Positions 21,556-30,958 of a DNA stretch of 64,000 nt are shown here, piece by piece (position 1 is the first letter of the stretch; every line of letters begins with the position of its first letter). The DNA is taken from positions 6,106-70,105 of the forward strand of contig JACCQN010000011.1 in the NCBI GenBank assembly GCA_015709215.1, in the 5' to 3' direction. Position numbers and translations under genes: made by a program. Origin of the DNA: Bacteroidales bacterium. GTDB lineage: Bacteria; Bacteroidota; Bacteroidia; Bacteroidales; F082. The notes beneath the pieces are model-generated. The model had not been told where the DNA came from and did not search any database. It worked only from the letters and a program-made list of their open reading frames with translations.

Positions 21556-22861
21556 GATTTTACTGATATTAAAACGTGAATACATCACCAGAGTTAGGAA
21601 AAAAAGTTTTATCATCATGACTTTTCTTGGCCCGCTTTTGATGGCAGCACTGATGATTGTTCCTGTGATTCTGGCTACGCTTCAAAATATTGGCGATAAA
21701 AATATTGCTGTAGTTGACGAGACAAATTGGTTTATAGGCAAGTTTGAACAAGCAGATAATTTGCAGTTTCATTATGTTTTTGAATCAGTTGACAGCCTCA
21801 AACAAAAAGTGATTGATGGCCAATATGATATGCTGGTTTACATTCCACGCCCGGAGCTGAATATCCCTGTAAATGCCGAAGTTTACAGCAATCGCCAGAT
21901 ACCTCTCAATGTTTCTTCCTACATTAAAACTACCATGAGCAAGGAGGTAGAAACCAAGAAATTACTAGCCAGCGGCATCGATCCGGAGGTAATAAAATCA
22001 GCTAAAACATCTATCAATCTGGTTACTATCAGAATAGATGAAGACGGAGGTGAGACCAAATCTTTCACTGAAATCAATGTCGCACTGGGGCTTTTTGGAT
22101 CGATTTTGATCTATTTCTTCATTTTCATTTTTGGGTCGCAGGTGATGCGCGGCATCATCGAAGAAAAAACCAGCCGAATTGTTGAGGTTATCATCAGCTC
22201 GGTGAGGCCTTTTGAATTGATGATGGGAAAAATTTTGGGCATTGCCTTAGTTGGGCTTACACAATTTTTGCTTTGGATTGTACTCACCGGAAGCATTTAT
22301 GGCGTGTTCATGTTAATATATGGTGTTCCGGAAGGGCCGCAGGCTTTAAGTGCAGGAGGTTCAATGATGAACCAGGCAAACACTGTACTTCCTGAAATGG
22401 ACAATACAGCAGTTTTAAAAGTTTTTGAAGTCGTTGAAGCCATTAACTTTCCAGTAATCATCGGAAGTTTTATATTTTATTTTTTAGGTGGTTACTTGCT
22501 GTATGCGGCTTTGTTTGCAGCCATTGGCTCGGCAGTGGATAATGAAGCCGACACACAACAGTTCATGTTGCCAGTTTCTATTCCGCTTATTCTCGGTCTG
22601 GTAATCAGTAATTTCATTGTAAACAATCCGGAAGGTTCTCTGGCTTTTTGGCTATCAATAATTCCATTCACTTCGCCTGTTGTAATGATGGTGCGCATTC
22701 CGTTTGGTGTTCCCTACGGAGAATTGGTCATCTCTATGGCACTGCTCATTAGTGGGTTCTTATTTACCACTTGGTTTGCCGCAAAAATTTACCGTACCGG
22801 TATTTTGATGTACGGCAAAAAACCCAGCTATAGAGAATTGTGGAAATGGCTCAAATATTAA
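21548..22861 (+). CDS. ABC-2 family transporter permease (YhaP/NatB-like)
   Basis: The frame is 21500-22861. The start is placed at MNKILLILKREYITRV, which overlaps the ATPase stop by 8 nt. The protein has one N-terminal TM, a large loop and a C-terminal TM bundle. Confidence 0.85.
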   Translation: MNKILLILKREYITRVRKKSFIIMTFLGPLLMAALMIVPVILATLQNIGDKNIAVVDETNWFIGKFEQADNLQFHYVFESVDSLKQKVIDGQYDMLVYIPRPELNIPVNAEVYSNRQIPLNVSSYIKTTMSKEVETKKLLASGIDPEVIKSAKTSINLVTIRIDEDGGETKSFTEINVALGLFGSILIYFFIFIFGSQVMRGIIEEKTSRIVEVIISSVRPFELMMGKILGIALVGLTQFLLWIVLTGSIYGVFMLIYGVPEGPQALSAGGSMMNQANTVLPEMDNTAVLKVFEVVEAINFPVIIGSFIFYFLGGYLLYAALFAAIGSAVDNEADTQQFMLPVSIPLILGLVISNFIVNNPEGSLAFWLSIIPFTSPVVMMVRIPFGVPYGELVISMALLISGFLFTTWFAAKIYRTGILMYGKKPSYRELWKWLKY

Positions 22862-23003
22862 AAATTAAGGCTAAAAGCTTGCGCAATAAATTTGGTTAGT
22901 GCCTTTATAACCTCTAATACAGCAAGTTTTACAGCCAAGGCTGAGAATAATTTCATAGCTTGTTTTTAAATACTGAATTATTGGGAGTTGTCAAATATTA
23001 TTC

Positions 23004-23011
23004 TAATTTTG
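23004..23011 (+). promoter_or_regulatory. -7 box TAATTTTG upstream of secDF
   Basis: TAATTTTGCACCCTCGAAAAAAA lies about 55 nt before the ATG at 23067. Confidence 0.45.
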
Positions 23012-23066
23012 CACCCTCGAAAAAAATTCAGTAGAAAGATAGAAGTTAATTTAATTCACAATTCAA

Positions 23067-26000
23067 ATGCAGAACAAAGGAGCTATCAAGGTATTTGCCA
23101 TCGCCTTTGCACTCGTATCGCTTTATCAGCTTTCTTTCACATTTGTAACTCAAAAAATTGAGAAGGATGCCAAAGAATATGCTAATAGCGAAGTAGCTGC
23201 AAAGCAGGCTAATGCACTTGCGCAGGGAGATGATTTGATGTACGGTCATTACCTCGATTCTATTACAAAAGCCCGCGAAACCTATTACCTGGATTCGATG
23301 AACAACCAAGTGGTGTACAATATTTTAATTGATAAATACACCTACCAGGATGTAAAAGAACGCGAAATCAATCTGGGTCTCGACCTCAAAGGTGGTATGA
23401 ACGTGGTATTGGAAGTTTCTGTAAGTGATATCATTCAGGCACTTTCCGGAAATAGTACTGATGAGATATTTGTTCAGGCCATGCAGCTTGCCAAGGAAAA
23501 ACAAAAAAATAGTCAGGATGATTTCGTTACGCTTTTCGGACAATCATTTCAGGAAATCGATCCAAATGCTAGTCTTGCTTCCATCTTTTTGTTTGAATTT
23601 AAAGACAAAGGTATCACCGTAAATTCGACAAATTCAGAAGTCCTGGCAGTAATAAAAGCCGAAACAGAAGGCGCTATCGATCGTTCTTTCCAGATTTTAA
23701 GAACGCGTATCGACCGTTTTGGTGTTACACAGCCTAATATACAAAAACTGGCTACCTCCGGTCGTATTCTTGTTGAACTTCCCGGCATCAAAGACCCCAA
23801 ACGTGTAAGAAAACTGCTACAGGGTACTGCACAGCTCGAATTTTGGGAAACCTACAACTTTTCCGAAATTTACGGCTTTTTTGATGAAGCTAACCAACGC
23901 CTCAAAGAACTTGGAGGAACTGCTGAACCCAAAGAAAGTACTTCCAAAAAAGAAGATGCCCCTTCCGAAGAAACTGATGCCAAAGCCCCAAATGAAGAAG
24001 TTGCTAAAGAAACTTTAGCTGATCAGCTCGCTGATGAAGACACCAGCTCACTGATGAATCAACTTTCATCAGACACAACAGCACAAGAAGACCTTACCTT
24101 TGAAGAATATGCAGCCCAAAATCCGCTTTATGCTTATCTGATGCCTTCCTATGTGCAGGACGAAAGTGGGCGCTTCTTCCCCGGAAATACCGCAAGAGTT
24201 GGTACAGCAGCTATAAAAGACACTGCCAAAGTTAACCAAATGTTACGCAAGGTGAAGTCGATCTTCCCAAGAAATATGATCCTTGCCTGGACAGTAAAGC
24301 CCCGTGCTACCGGACAAGCCAACCTGCTCGAACTGGTTGCACTAAAAGCTTCACGCGATAACAAGGCTGCGCTGGGTGGCGATGTGATTGTAGATGCCCG
24401 CCAGGATTACGATCAAAACGGACGCGTAGAAGTTACTATCCAAATGAACAGCGAAGGCTCTAAAACATGGAAACGCCTCACCGGAGAAAACATTGGTAAA
24501 CAGGTTGCTATCGTTCTTGATGGTTATGTTTACTCTTACCCCGTAGTTAACGACGAAATTCCAAACGGTCGCTCATCTATCTCTGGTGGCGATATGACTG
24601 TGACTGAGGCACAAGACCTTGCAAATATTTTAAAAGCCGGTAAATTACCTGCTCCTTCCAGAATTATGGAGGAAGCCGTTGTTGGTCCTTCATTGGGTCG
24701 CGAAGCAGTAAATGCAGGCCTTTGGTCATTTGTTCTGGCTTTCGGCCTGGTGCTGATTTACATGGCATTCTTCTACAATAAATCTGGTTTGGTTGCCGAC
24801 CTGGCTTTGTTTACCAATATCTTCTTTCTGTTCGGTGTGTTAGCTTCACTGGGAGCCGTTCTTACATTACCCGGCATCGCCGGTATCGTGCTCACCTTAG
24901 GTATGGCAGTAGATGCTAACGTAATCATCTACGAACGCATCAAAGAAGAAATTCGTGCCGGCAAAGGAATCAGGCTGGCAATCGATGACGGTTATAAAAA
25001 CGCTTATTCGGCTATTATCGACGGTAACGTTACTACCCTTTTAACAGGAATTGTACTCTATACTTTCGGAACAGGCCCCGTTCAGGGATTTGCCACTACT
25101 CTGATTATTGGTTTGCTTACTTCGCTTTTCACATCAATCTTTATTTCAAGGATGGTTTTTGTTTACCTGCTGGATAAAAACAAAACCATAACTTTTGATA
25201 ACAAGTTAACTCGTAACTTCCTAGCAAACACTAACTTAAACTTCCTAGGAATGCGTAAAAATGCCTATGTTATTTCTGCGTTTTTGATTCTTGTAAGTTT
25301 AGGTTCATTAACTTTCAGAGGTTTAAATTATGGTGTTGACTTCACCGGAGGCCGCACTTACCTTGTTCGTTTTGATCAGGACGTTACTGTTACTGATGTG
25401 CGCAATGCCTTAGCTGTTGAGTTTACAGAAGCTGTGCCCGAAGTAAAAACATTTGGCCCAAACCGTCAGGTAAAAATTACCACGAAATTCATGATCGACA
25501 ATGAGGGCCGCGAAGTTGACAGCATTATCCAAACAATGCTCTTCAGAAGTCTTAAAACGTTCTATCAAACTGATATCAATTACAACGATTTTACTTCCGA
25601 TCAGGAAGCCGATGATAAATTGATCGGGATATTGAGCTCTCAAAAAGTTGGGCCTACAATTGCTGACGATATCCGCAACAAAGCCATCACTGCTATTATC
25701 ATTTCTTTATTCATAATCTTCGGATACATCGCTATCCGATTCCGTAAATGGCAGTATGGTCTTGCTGGTATTGTTGCCCTGTTCCACGACACAATTATAG
25801 TACTGGGTGTATTTTCTCTCTTCTACAATATTCTGCCTTTTAGCATGGAAATTGACCAGGCCTTTATTGCTGCCATTCTTACGATTATCGGTTATTCGAT
25901 CAATGATACCGTTATTATCTTCGACCGTATTCGTGAAAATGTTACGCTGCATCCCAAAAAGCTACTGCGTATTAACATCAACGATGGTTTGAACAGCACC

Positions 26001-26237
26001 TTGATGCGTACCTTCAATACTTCAGTAACAACAGCGCTGGTACTTATCATCATTTCTATTTTTGGAGGTGAAGTAATTCGCGGGTTCGTATTCGCTTTGC
26101 TGGTTGGTGTACTTATTGGAACTTATTCTTCAGTGTTTACAGCCAGCCCGCTGGTGTTTGATCTGTTGAAAGGACCTAAACAAGAAAAGGAAGCAGCAGC
26201 AAAAGAGGCTGCCAATCCAAGAACAAAAAAGAAATGA
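23067..26237 (+). CDS. secDF: protein translocase subunit SecDF (fused)
   Basis: 1056 aa, LGLDLKGGMNVVLEV, two 6-TM SecD/SecF blocks, and an acidic low-complexity insert in the periplasmic domain. The fusion is typical of Bacteroidota. Confidence 0.95.
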   Translation: MQNKGAIKVFAIAFALVSLYQLSFTFVTQKIEKDAKEYANSEVAAKQANALAQGDDLMYGHYLDSITKARETYYLDSMNNQVVYNILIDKYTYQDVKEREINLGLDLKGGMNVVLEVSVSDIIQALSGNSTDEIFVQAMQLAKEKQKNSQDDFVTLFGQSFQEIDPNASLASIFLFEFKDKGITVNSTNSEVLAVIKAETEGAIDRSFQILRTRIDRFGVTQPNIQKLATSGRILVELPGIKDPKRVRKLLQGTAQLEFWETYNFSEIYGFFDEANQRLKELGGTAEPKESTSKKEDAPSEETDAKAPNEEVAKETLADQLADEDTSSLMNQLSSDTTAQEDLTFEEYAAQNPLYAYLMPSYVQDESGRFFPGNTARVGTAAIKDTAKVNQMLRKVKSIFPRNMILAWTVKPRATGQANLLELVALKASRDNKAALGGDVIVDARQDYDQNGRVEVTIQMNSEGSKTWKRLTGENIGKQVAIVLDGYVYSYPVVNDEIPNGRSSISGGDMTVTEAQDLANILKAGKLPAPSRIMEEAVVGPSLGREAVNAGLWSFVLAFGLVLIYMAFFYNKSGLVADLALFTNIFFLFGVLASLGAVLTLPGIAGIVLTLGMAVDANVIIYERIKEEIRAGKGIRLAIDDGYKNAYSAIIDGNVTTLLTGIVLYTFGTGPVQGFATTLIIGLLTSLFTSIFISRMVFVYLLDKNKTITFDNKLTRNFLANTNLNFLGMRKNAYVISAFLILVSLGSLTFRGLNYGVDFTGGRTYLVRFDQDVTVTDVRNALAVEFTEAVPEVKTFGPNRQVKITTKFMIDNEGREVDSIIQTMLFRSLKTFYQTDINYNDFTSDQEADDKLIGILSSQKVGPTIADDIRNKAITAIIISLFIIFGYIAIRFRKWQYGLAGIVALFHDTIIVLGVFSLFYNILPFSMEIDQAFIAAILTIIGYSINDTVIIFDRIRENVTLHPKKLLRININDGLNSTLMRTFNTSVTTALVLIIISIFGGEVIRGFVFALLVGVLIGTYSSVFTASPLVFDLLKGPKQEKEAAAKEAANPRTKKK

Positions 26238-26260
26238 CCTTTTTTTTTGAAACTATTGAG

Positions 26261-26296
26261 AACCGTGTAATGCAATGCTATTACACGGTTTTTTTG
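26261..26296 (+). terminator. intrinsic terminator after secDF
   Basis: AACCGTGTAAT-gcaatgct-ATTACACGGTT (11-bp perfect stem) followed by TTTTTGTTT, about 25 nt after the secDF stop. Confidence 0.75.
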
Positions 26297-26356
26297 TTTC
26301 CCAAAACTCTAACCTTATTGACCGTAGCTATACATCATGGTGTTGTTATATTTTCT

Positions 26357-26364
26357 ATTTTTGC
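26357..26364 (+). promoter_or_regulatory. -7 box TATTTTTG upstream of tatA
   Basis: TAnnTTTG match about 20 nt before the tatA ATG. Confidence 0.4.
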
Positions 26365-26383
26365 TCACAGAAATCAGGCTATC

Positions 26384-26725
26384 ATGACATTGCTATTTTT
26401 TGATTTTGGAACAGGGGAAATCCTTATTATTATGCTGGTACTTTTTGTAGTGTTGGGACCCCAAAAACTCCCCGAGGTGGCACGTACTATTGGTAAAACA
26501 ATCAATGAAATGAAACGTGCTTCAGCCGGTTTCAAAAACGAAATAAACAAAGAAATTGACCGCATCGAGCGCGATACAACTATAAAAGACATAAACCTTG
26601 ATGGTAAAAAGTCGAATCAAACCGAAAAAAAATCCCGCGCCTTAGATGATTCTGTGGCGCAGGGAAGCATTCAGCCCCCAGAAAACAGAGATTTAAAAAA
26701 CGAGTCAATAAATCCGTCAAATTAG
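26384..26725 (+). CDS. tatA: twin-arginine translocase TatA/TatE family subunit
   Basis: The ORF-track frame is 26234-26725, but its first 50 codons span the secDF terminator. The internal Met gives MTLLFFDFGTGEILIIMLVLFVVLGPQKLPEVARTIGKTINEMK, the canonical TatA TM plus amphipathic helix. Confidence 0.88.
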   Translation: MTLLFFDFGTGEILIIMLVLFVVLGPQKLPEVARTIGKTINEMKRASAGFKNEINKEIDRIERDTTIKDINLDGKKSNQTEKKSRALDDSVAQGSIQPPENRDLKNESINPSN

Positions 26726-26757
26726 CGTTCTATTGTTCAAATAAGGAAATCAAAAGC

Positions 26758-29208
26758 ATGAAGATCAGTCTGCAACTTTTCATAGTTCTTTTTTTTAGCC
26801 TCATAACTTTTCAGGGCGTTGCACAACGCAACCCTGCAAAAAGTGCAGATGAGGCTTTCGAGAAGAAACAATATACCATAGCTGCCGAACGCTACAAAAA
26901 AGCCTATAATCGCGTAAAACGCAATCCTGAAGAACGTATGCGGGTAAGCTATCAAATGGCCGAATGCTACAGACTTACCGGCCTGTTCAAGCGAGCCGAA
27001 GCTACCTATAAGCGTGTGATTCGTTCCGACTTTCCCAAAACAAATCCCGAAGCCTATCTGCATTTTGCTGAAGTATTAAAAATCAACGAAAAATTTGACG
27101 AGGCAATTACTTATTACGAACTGTATGCCGAATCCATGCCGGACGATCCTCGCGGTAAACTGGGAGCCGAAACGGCCGCTATGGTAAAAGAATGGATCGA
27201 AAACCCTTCCAAATACGAACTGACACCACTAAAAAAAATCAACTCCCGTGAATCAGATTTTGCAGCCGTTTATGCCTCCCCAAACTTTAATGAGATCATC
27301 TTTACCTCCTCGCGTGAAAATGCCACCGGAAAAGAAAAAGATGGCTATACCGGACAGGATTTCAGTGATTTATTTACCTCACGAATCGATCGTAAAGAGG
27401 AATGGAGCGCCCCGGTTTTGATCGACGAAAATGATGTTGTAAACACTAAAGCCAACGAAGGTACACCCTTTATGAATGCTACCTTCAATACCATGTATTT
27501 TACACGCTGCAACAATGACCCCAAACATGAATCCGGCTGCCAGATTATGACCAGTAACCGCAGCGGACGTTCCTGGGGAAAGCCTGTTCCGGTTGAAATT
27601 ATTGGTGTTGATACGCTTGATATTGTGGGGCACCCAACCTTAAGCAAAAATGAACTGATCTTGTATTTTGCTGCCGATCGCCGTGGAGGATTTGGCGGAA
27701 AAGATATTTGGGTTTCCCTAAGAGATTCTAAATCGCAACCTTTTTCACGTCCATTAAATATTGGCCCAGTAGTTAATACCAAAGGCGATGAAGTTTTTCC
27801 CTTCCTAAGAAACGATACCACACTCTATTTCTCCTCAAACGGTCATGGCGGTATGGGTGGCCTCGATGTGTTTATGACAACCGTTGACACAGCAGGAAAC
27901 TGGGGAACTCCAGTAAATCTGAAATATCCTATCAACTCTACCGCAGATGATTTTGCCATTACTTTTCACCCTGAAGAAGAGCAGGGATTCATCTCGAGCA
28001 ACAGAGACAACATTCGCGGTACCGACGATATCTACTATTTTATTGAACCTCCGGTTCTCTTTACCATCTCGGGCACTGTGAAAGATGCACAAACGCTTCA
28101 GTTTGTCGAAGGAGCTACCGTGCAACTGATTGGTTCTGACGGCATGAGTGTGAGCACGCGCACAAGCGACAAAGGTTTTTATTTGTTTGCTAACAGCCAG
28201 GTTGCTAAAAATACTACTTACGAAATTGTTGTTGACAAAGATAATTACTTCACTGCTACAGCTGTTGAAACTACTGTAGGCGTTGAGTTTAGTCGCGATT
28301 TCACAAAAGATTTCGATCTGGAACCCATACCCGAAGAACCCATTGTGCTTCCCGATATTTTGTATGATCTGGCACGCTGGGAGCTCAAACCACAATATGA
28401 AGATTCATTGCAAGGGCTGATCGAAACATTACAGAAAAATCCGACCATCACCATCGAATTGTCTTCGCATACCGATGCTCGCGACACAGATGAAAGAAAT
28501 GATATTCTCTCTCAACGGCGCGCCCAATCTGTGGTGGATTACCTTATTATCCGCGGAATTGACGGAGCTCGCCTCGTGGCAAAAGGCTATGGTGAAAGCG
28601 TCCCGCGAAAACTCACTAAAACAGTAACTGTAAATGGTTTTACTTTCGATGAAGGTACCATCCTTACCGAAGAATATATCAACAGTCTTGATAACGATGA
28701 TAAAAAAGAAGCCGCTCATCAACTCAACAGACGCACAGAGTTCAGAGTGCTGAGCAAGGATTTTGTACCCAAATCTTCTAATCAACCAATCTCGGAAAAT
28801 GTTGCTATCAAGATCAATCCTGATGACAATCAGGTTGGTTTTGTTCAAAACGATGTGGGTTTGTTCGAGGTTCAGTTTCTGCTTGATGGTTATAACGAAA
28901 AGTTTGTTTATGACCGTAGCTCCGATGTTACCATATCACTTCAAAAAGCACTCGAATTGCTGAATGCCGGCCGAATTGACAAAGACAATTTCAAAGGCGA
29001 TATCCAACGTGTGCTCACAACAGGCAATATCGCTGATCGCGCCGTGATCGTATTCGATGAAATCAGAATTGCAAATCGTACACTTCAAAATGTGGAGATG
29101 ACAGTTTTCCATAACAGCCGGTATAATTTCGTTTTCGGACAAAAACTACTGAATCAAATGGGTGAATTTGAATTCAATACGCAAAAAAAATCGCTGATCT
29201 TTAAATAA
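26758..29208 (+). CDS. OmpA-family outer-membrane-associated protein with a PorE-like architecture (TPR, PD40/WD40-like propeller, CarboxypepD_reg-like, OmpA_C) plus an extra C-terminal domain
   Basis: 816 aa with signal peptide MKISLQLFIVLFFSLITFQGVAQ and TPR-like N-terminus. PD40-type repeats are present (LYFAADRRGGFGGKDIWVS, LYFSSNGHGGMGGLDVFMT). Also FTISGTVKDAQT...VQLIG and the OmpA_C core ITIELSSHTDARDTDERNDILSQRRAQSVVDYL...NRRTEFRVL. Confidence 0.85.
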   Translation: MKISLQLFIVLFFSLITFQGVAQRNPAKSADEAFEKKQYTIAAERYKKAYNRVKRNPEERMRVSYQMAECYRLTGLFKRAEATYKRVIRSDFPKTNPEAYLHFAEVLKINEKFDEAITYYELYAESMPDDPRGKLGAETAAMVKEWIENPSKYELTPLKKINSRESDFAAVYASPNFNEIIFTSSRENATGKEKDGYTGQDFSDLFTSRIDRKEEWSAPVLIDENDVVNTKANEGTPFMNATFNTMYFTRCNNDPKHESGCQIMTSNRSGRSWGKPVPVEIIGVDTLDIVGHPTLSKNELILYFAADRRGGFGGKDIWVSLRDSKSQPFSRPLNIGPVVNTKGDEVFPFLRNDTTLYFSSNGHGGMGGLDVFMTTVDTAGNWGTPVNLKYPINSTADDFAITFHPEEEQGFISSNRDNIRGTDDIYYFIEPPVLFTISGTVKDAQTLQFVEGATVQLIGSDGMSVSTRTSDKGFYLFANSQVAKNTTYEIVVDKDNYFTATAVETTVGVEFSRDFTKDFDLEPIPEEPIVLPDILYDLARWELKPQYEDSLQGLIETLQKNPTITIELSSHTDARDTDERNDILSQRRAQSVVDYLIIRGIDGARLVAKGYGESVPRKLTKTVTVNGFTFDEGTILTEEYINSLDNDDKKEAAHQLNRRTEFRVLSKDFVPKSSNQPISENVAIKINPDDNQVGFVQNDVGLFEVQFLLDGYNEKFVYDRSSDVTISLQKALELLNAGRIDKDNFKGDIQRVLTTGNIADRAVIVFDEIRIANRTLQNVEMTVFHNSRYNFVFGQKLLNQMGEFEFNTQKKSLIFK

Positions 29209-29210
29209 TC

Positions 29211-30374
29211 ATGAGTGATCAGCGCTATCAACAAAGGGGAGTTTCGGCGGGCAAAGAAGATGTACATCGCGCTATAAAAAATCTGGATAAAGGACTCTTT
29301 CCGAATGCTTTTTGTAAGATCATACCTGATATTCTGGGCAATGATCCGGAATACTGCAACATCATGCATGCCGATGGTGCCGGAACAAAATCGGCACTGG
29401 CTTACCTTTACTGGAAAGAGACCGGTGATCTGAGCGTGTGGGAAGACATTGCACAGGATGCCATCGTGATGAATACCGACGACTTACTTTGCATAGGAGC
29501 CACCGACAGGATCCTGCTTTCGTCAACCATTGGCCGCAATAAAAATAAAATTCCCGGTGAGGTTATCGCCGCCATCATCAACGGAACAGAGAAATTCCTT
29601 GAAAAAATGCGCAGCTGGGGAATCGGCATTCACCTTACCGGAGGCGAAACAGCTGATGTTGGCGATCTGGTGCGTACGGTTATCGTTGACAGCACCGTTA
29701 CTGCACGTATCAGACGTGATCAGGTGATAGAAAACAATATTCGGCCCGGTGATGTCATTGTTGGTTTGGCCTCTTTTGGACAGGCCAGCTACGAAAAAAA
29801 CTATAATGGCGGCATGGGCAGCAATGGATTAACTTCTGCCAGGCATGATGTGTTTAGCCATTTTCTGGCTAAAAAATATCCTGAAAGTTTTGACTCCACA
29901 ATACCGGAGGATCTAGTGTATAGCGGACCATTCGGACTAACTGATCCAACCGAGATTGAAGGCATAAACGCAGGGCAATTGGTGCTGGCTCCTACCAGAA
30001 CTTATGCCCCTGTACTAAAACCCATTATAGAAGAATTCAGGCATAAAATCAATGGCCTGATTCATTGTAGCGGAGGTGCACAAACCAAGGTGATGCATTT
30101 CGTTAAGAATCTTCATATCGTTAAAGATCAGTTGTTCGATATCCCTCCCCTGTTTCGAATGATACAGCAATCATCGGGCACTGGCTGGCACGAGATGTAC
30201 AAAGTGTTTAATATGGGTCATAGAATGGAAATTTATACCGACAAAGAATCTGCCCTGGAAATGATTGAAATTTCAAAACAATTCAAGGTGGACGCACAAA
30301 TCATTGGCCACGTGGAGGCCGCTAAACAGAAAAAGCTGACCATTAAAAATACACACGGAAATTTTGTGTATTAA
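29211..30374 (+). CDS. purM: phosphoribosylformylglycinamidine cyclo-ligase (AIR synthase, long Bacteroidota form)
   Basis: 387 aa, MSDQRYQQRGVSAGKEDVHRAIKNLDKGLFPNAFCKI...MHADGAGTKS... Confidence 0.9.
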   Translation: MSDQRYQQRGVSAGKEDVHRAIKNLDKGLFPNAFCKIIPDILGNDPEYCNIMHADGAGTKSALAYLYWKETGDLSVWEDIAQDAIVMNTDDLLCIGATDRILLSSTIGRNKNKIPGEVIAAIINGTEKFLEKMRSWGIGIHLTGGETADVGDLVRTVIVDSTVTARIRRDQVIENNIRPGDVIVGLASFGQASYEKNYNGGMGSNGLTSARHDVFSHFLAKKYPESFDSTIPEDLVYSGPFGLTDPTEIEGINAGQLVLAPTRTYAPVLKPIIEEFRHKINGLIHCSGGAQTKVMHFVKNLHIVKDQLFDIPPLFRMIQQSSGTGWHEMYKVFNMGHRMEIYTDKESALEMIEISKQFKVDAQIIGHVEAAKQKKLTIKNTHGNFVY

Positions 30375-30492
30375 GCTTCAAGTAATTTTAGGAGTCCAAA
30401 AGCGCGCAAAAGCATAAACCACGCTGATAATACACAGGGCTTGTGCTTCTTCAAAAAGGTGTGCTTCGATTATTTCGGCCGACCTCGAATAG

Positions 30493-30736
30493 CTAATTTT
30501 TAAAAATCTGTTTCATCACCTGGTTCTTTCTAGTTTGAACTTTCACAGGATAAAGTATGCGCTCAATTCGTCCAATATCAAGTTGAAAAAATTGGGAATT
30601 ATGACTTGATTTTGGAAATAACCCGACTATTGACATCTATAATTTCGATGGAGATATCCTCGTAATCATAACCATTAACTAATTCAATGTTTAATTTTGA
30701 TGATGCCGCATTTGGATACACACTCACCGAAAATAA
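30493..30736 (-). pseudogene. relic of a T9SS cargo gene, with only a frameshifted type A C-terminal sorting domain recognisable
   Basis: Own minus-strand translation yields three consecutive fragments in three frames. They are LFSVSVYPNAASSKLNIELVNGYDYEDISIEIIDVNSRVISKIKS*, NFFNLILDELSAYFIL* and PVKVQTRKNQVMKQIFKN*. Joined, they follow the Por_Secre_tail pattern seen intact at 58587-58829 and 61431-61661. Confidence 0.5.
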
Positions 30737-30958
30737 TCATATTCGCTAATAGCAAGCGGATTAAATGGAGACCAGTAATAGATTGTCGGGAAAGACAAAA
30801 CCCATTTGTTTTATCTGCTTTCCATCACAGAATGCTTGATTCCCTTTGATTATATCTTTAATCAAAAATATTTATTTCTCGATATGCATAAACCCAATCA
30901 TTTAATTCTATATCCTTGGTTTCAGATTGAGTAGGATCTCTTTGACCCTAAATATTAA

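Noticed and set aside
26234-26383. 50-codon N-terminal extension of the tatA ORF in the track.
   Set aside because: The extension covers the secDF terminator hairpin and the tatA -7 box. Canonical TatA begins at the internal Met. My manual base counting in 26340-26400 also disagreed by 1 nt with the track frame, and I trust the track.
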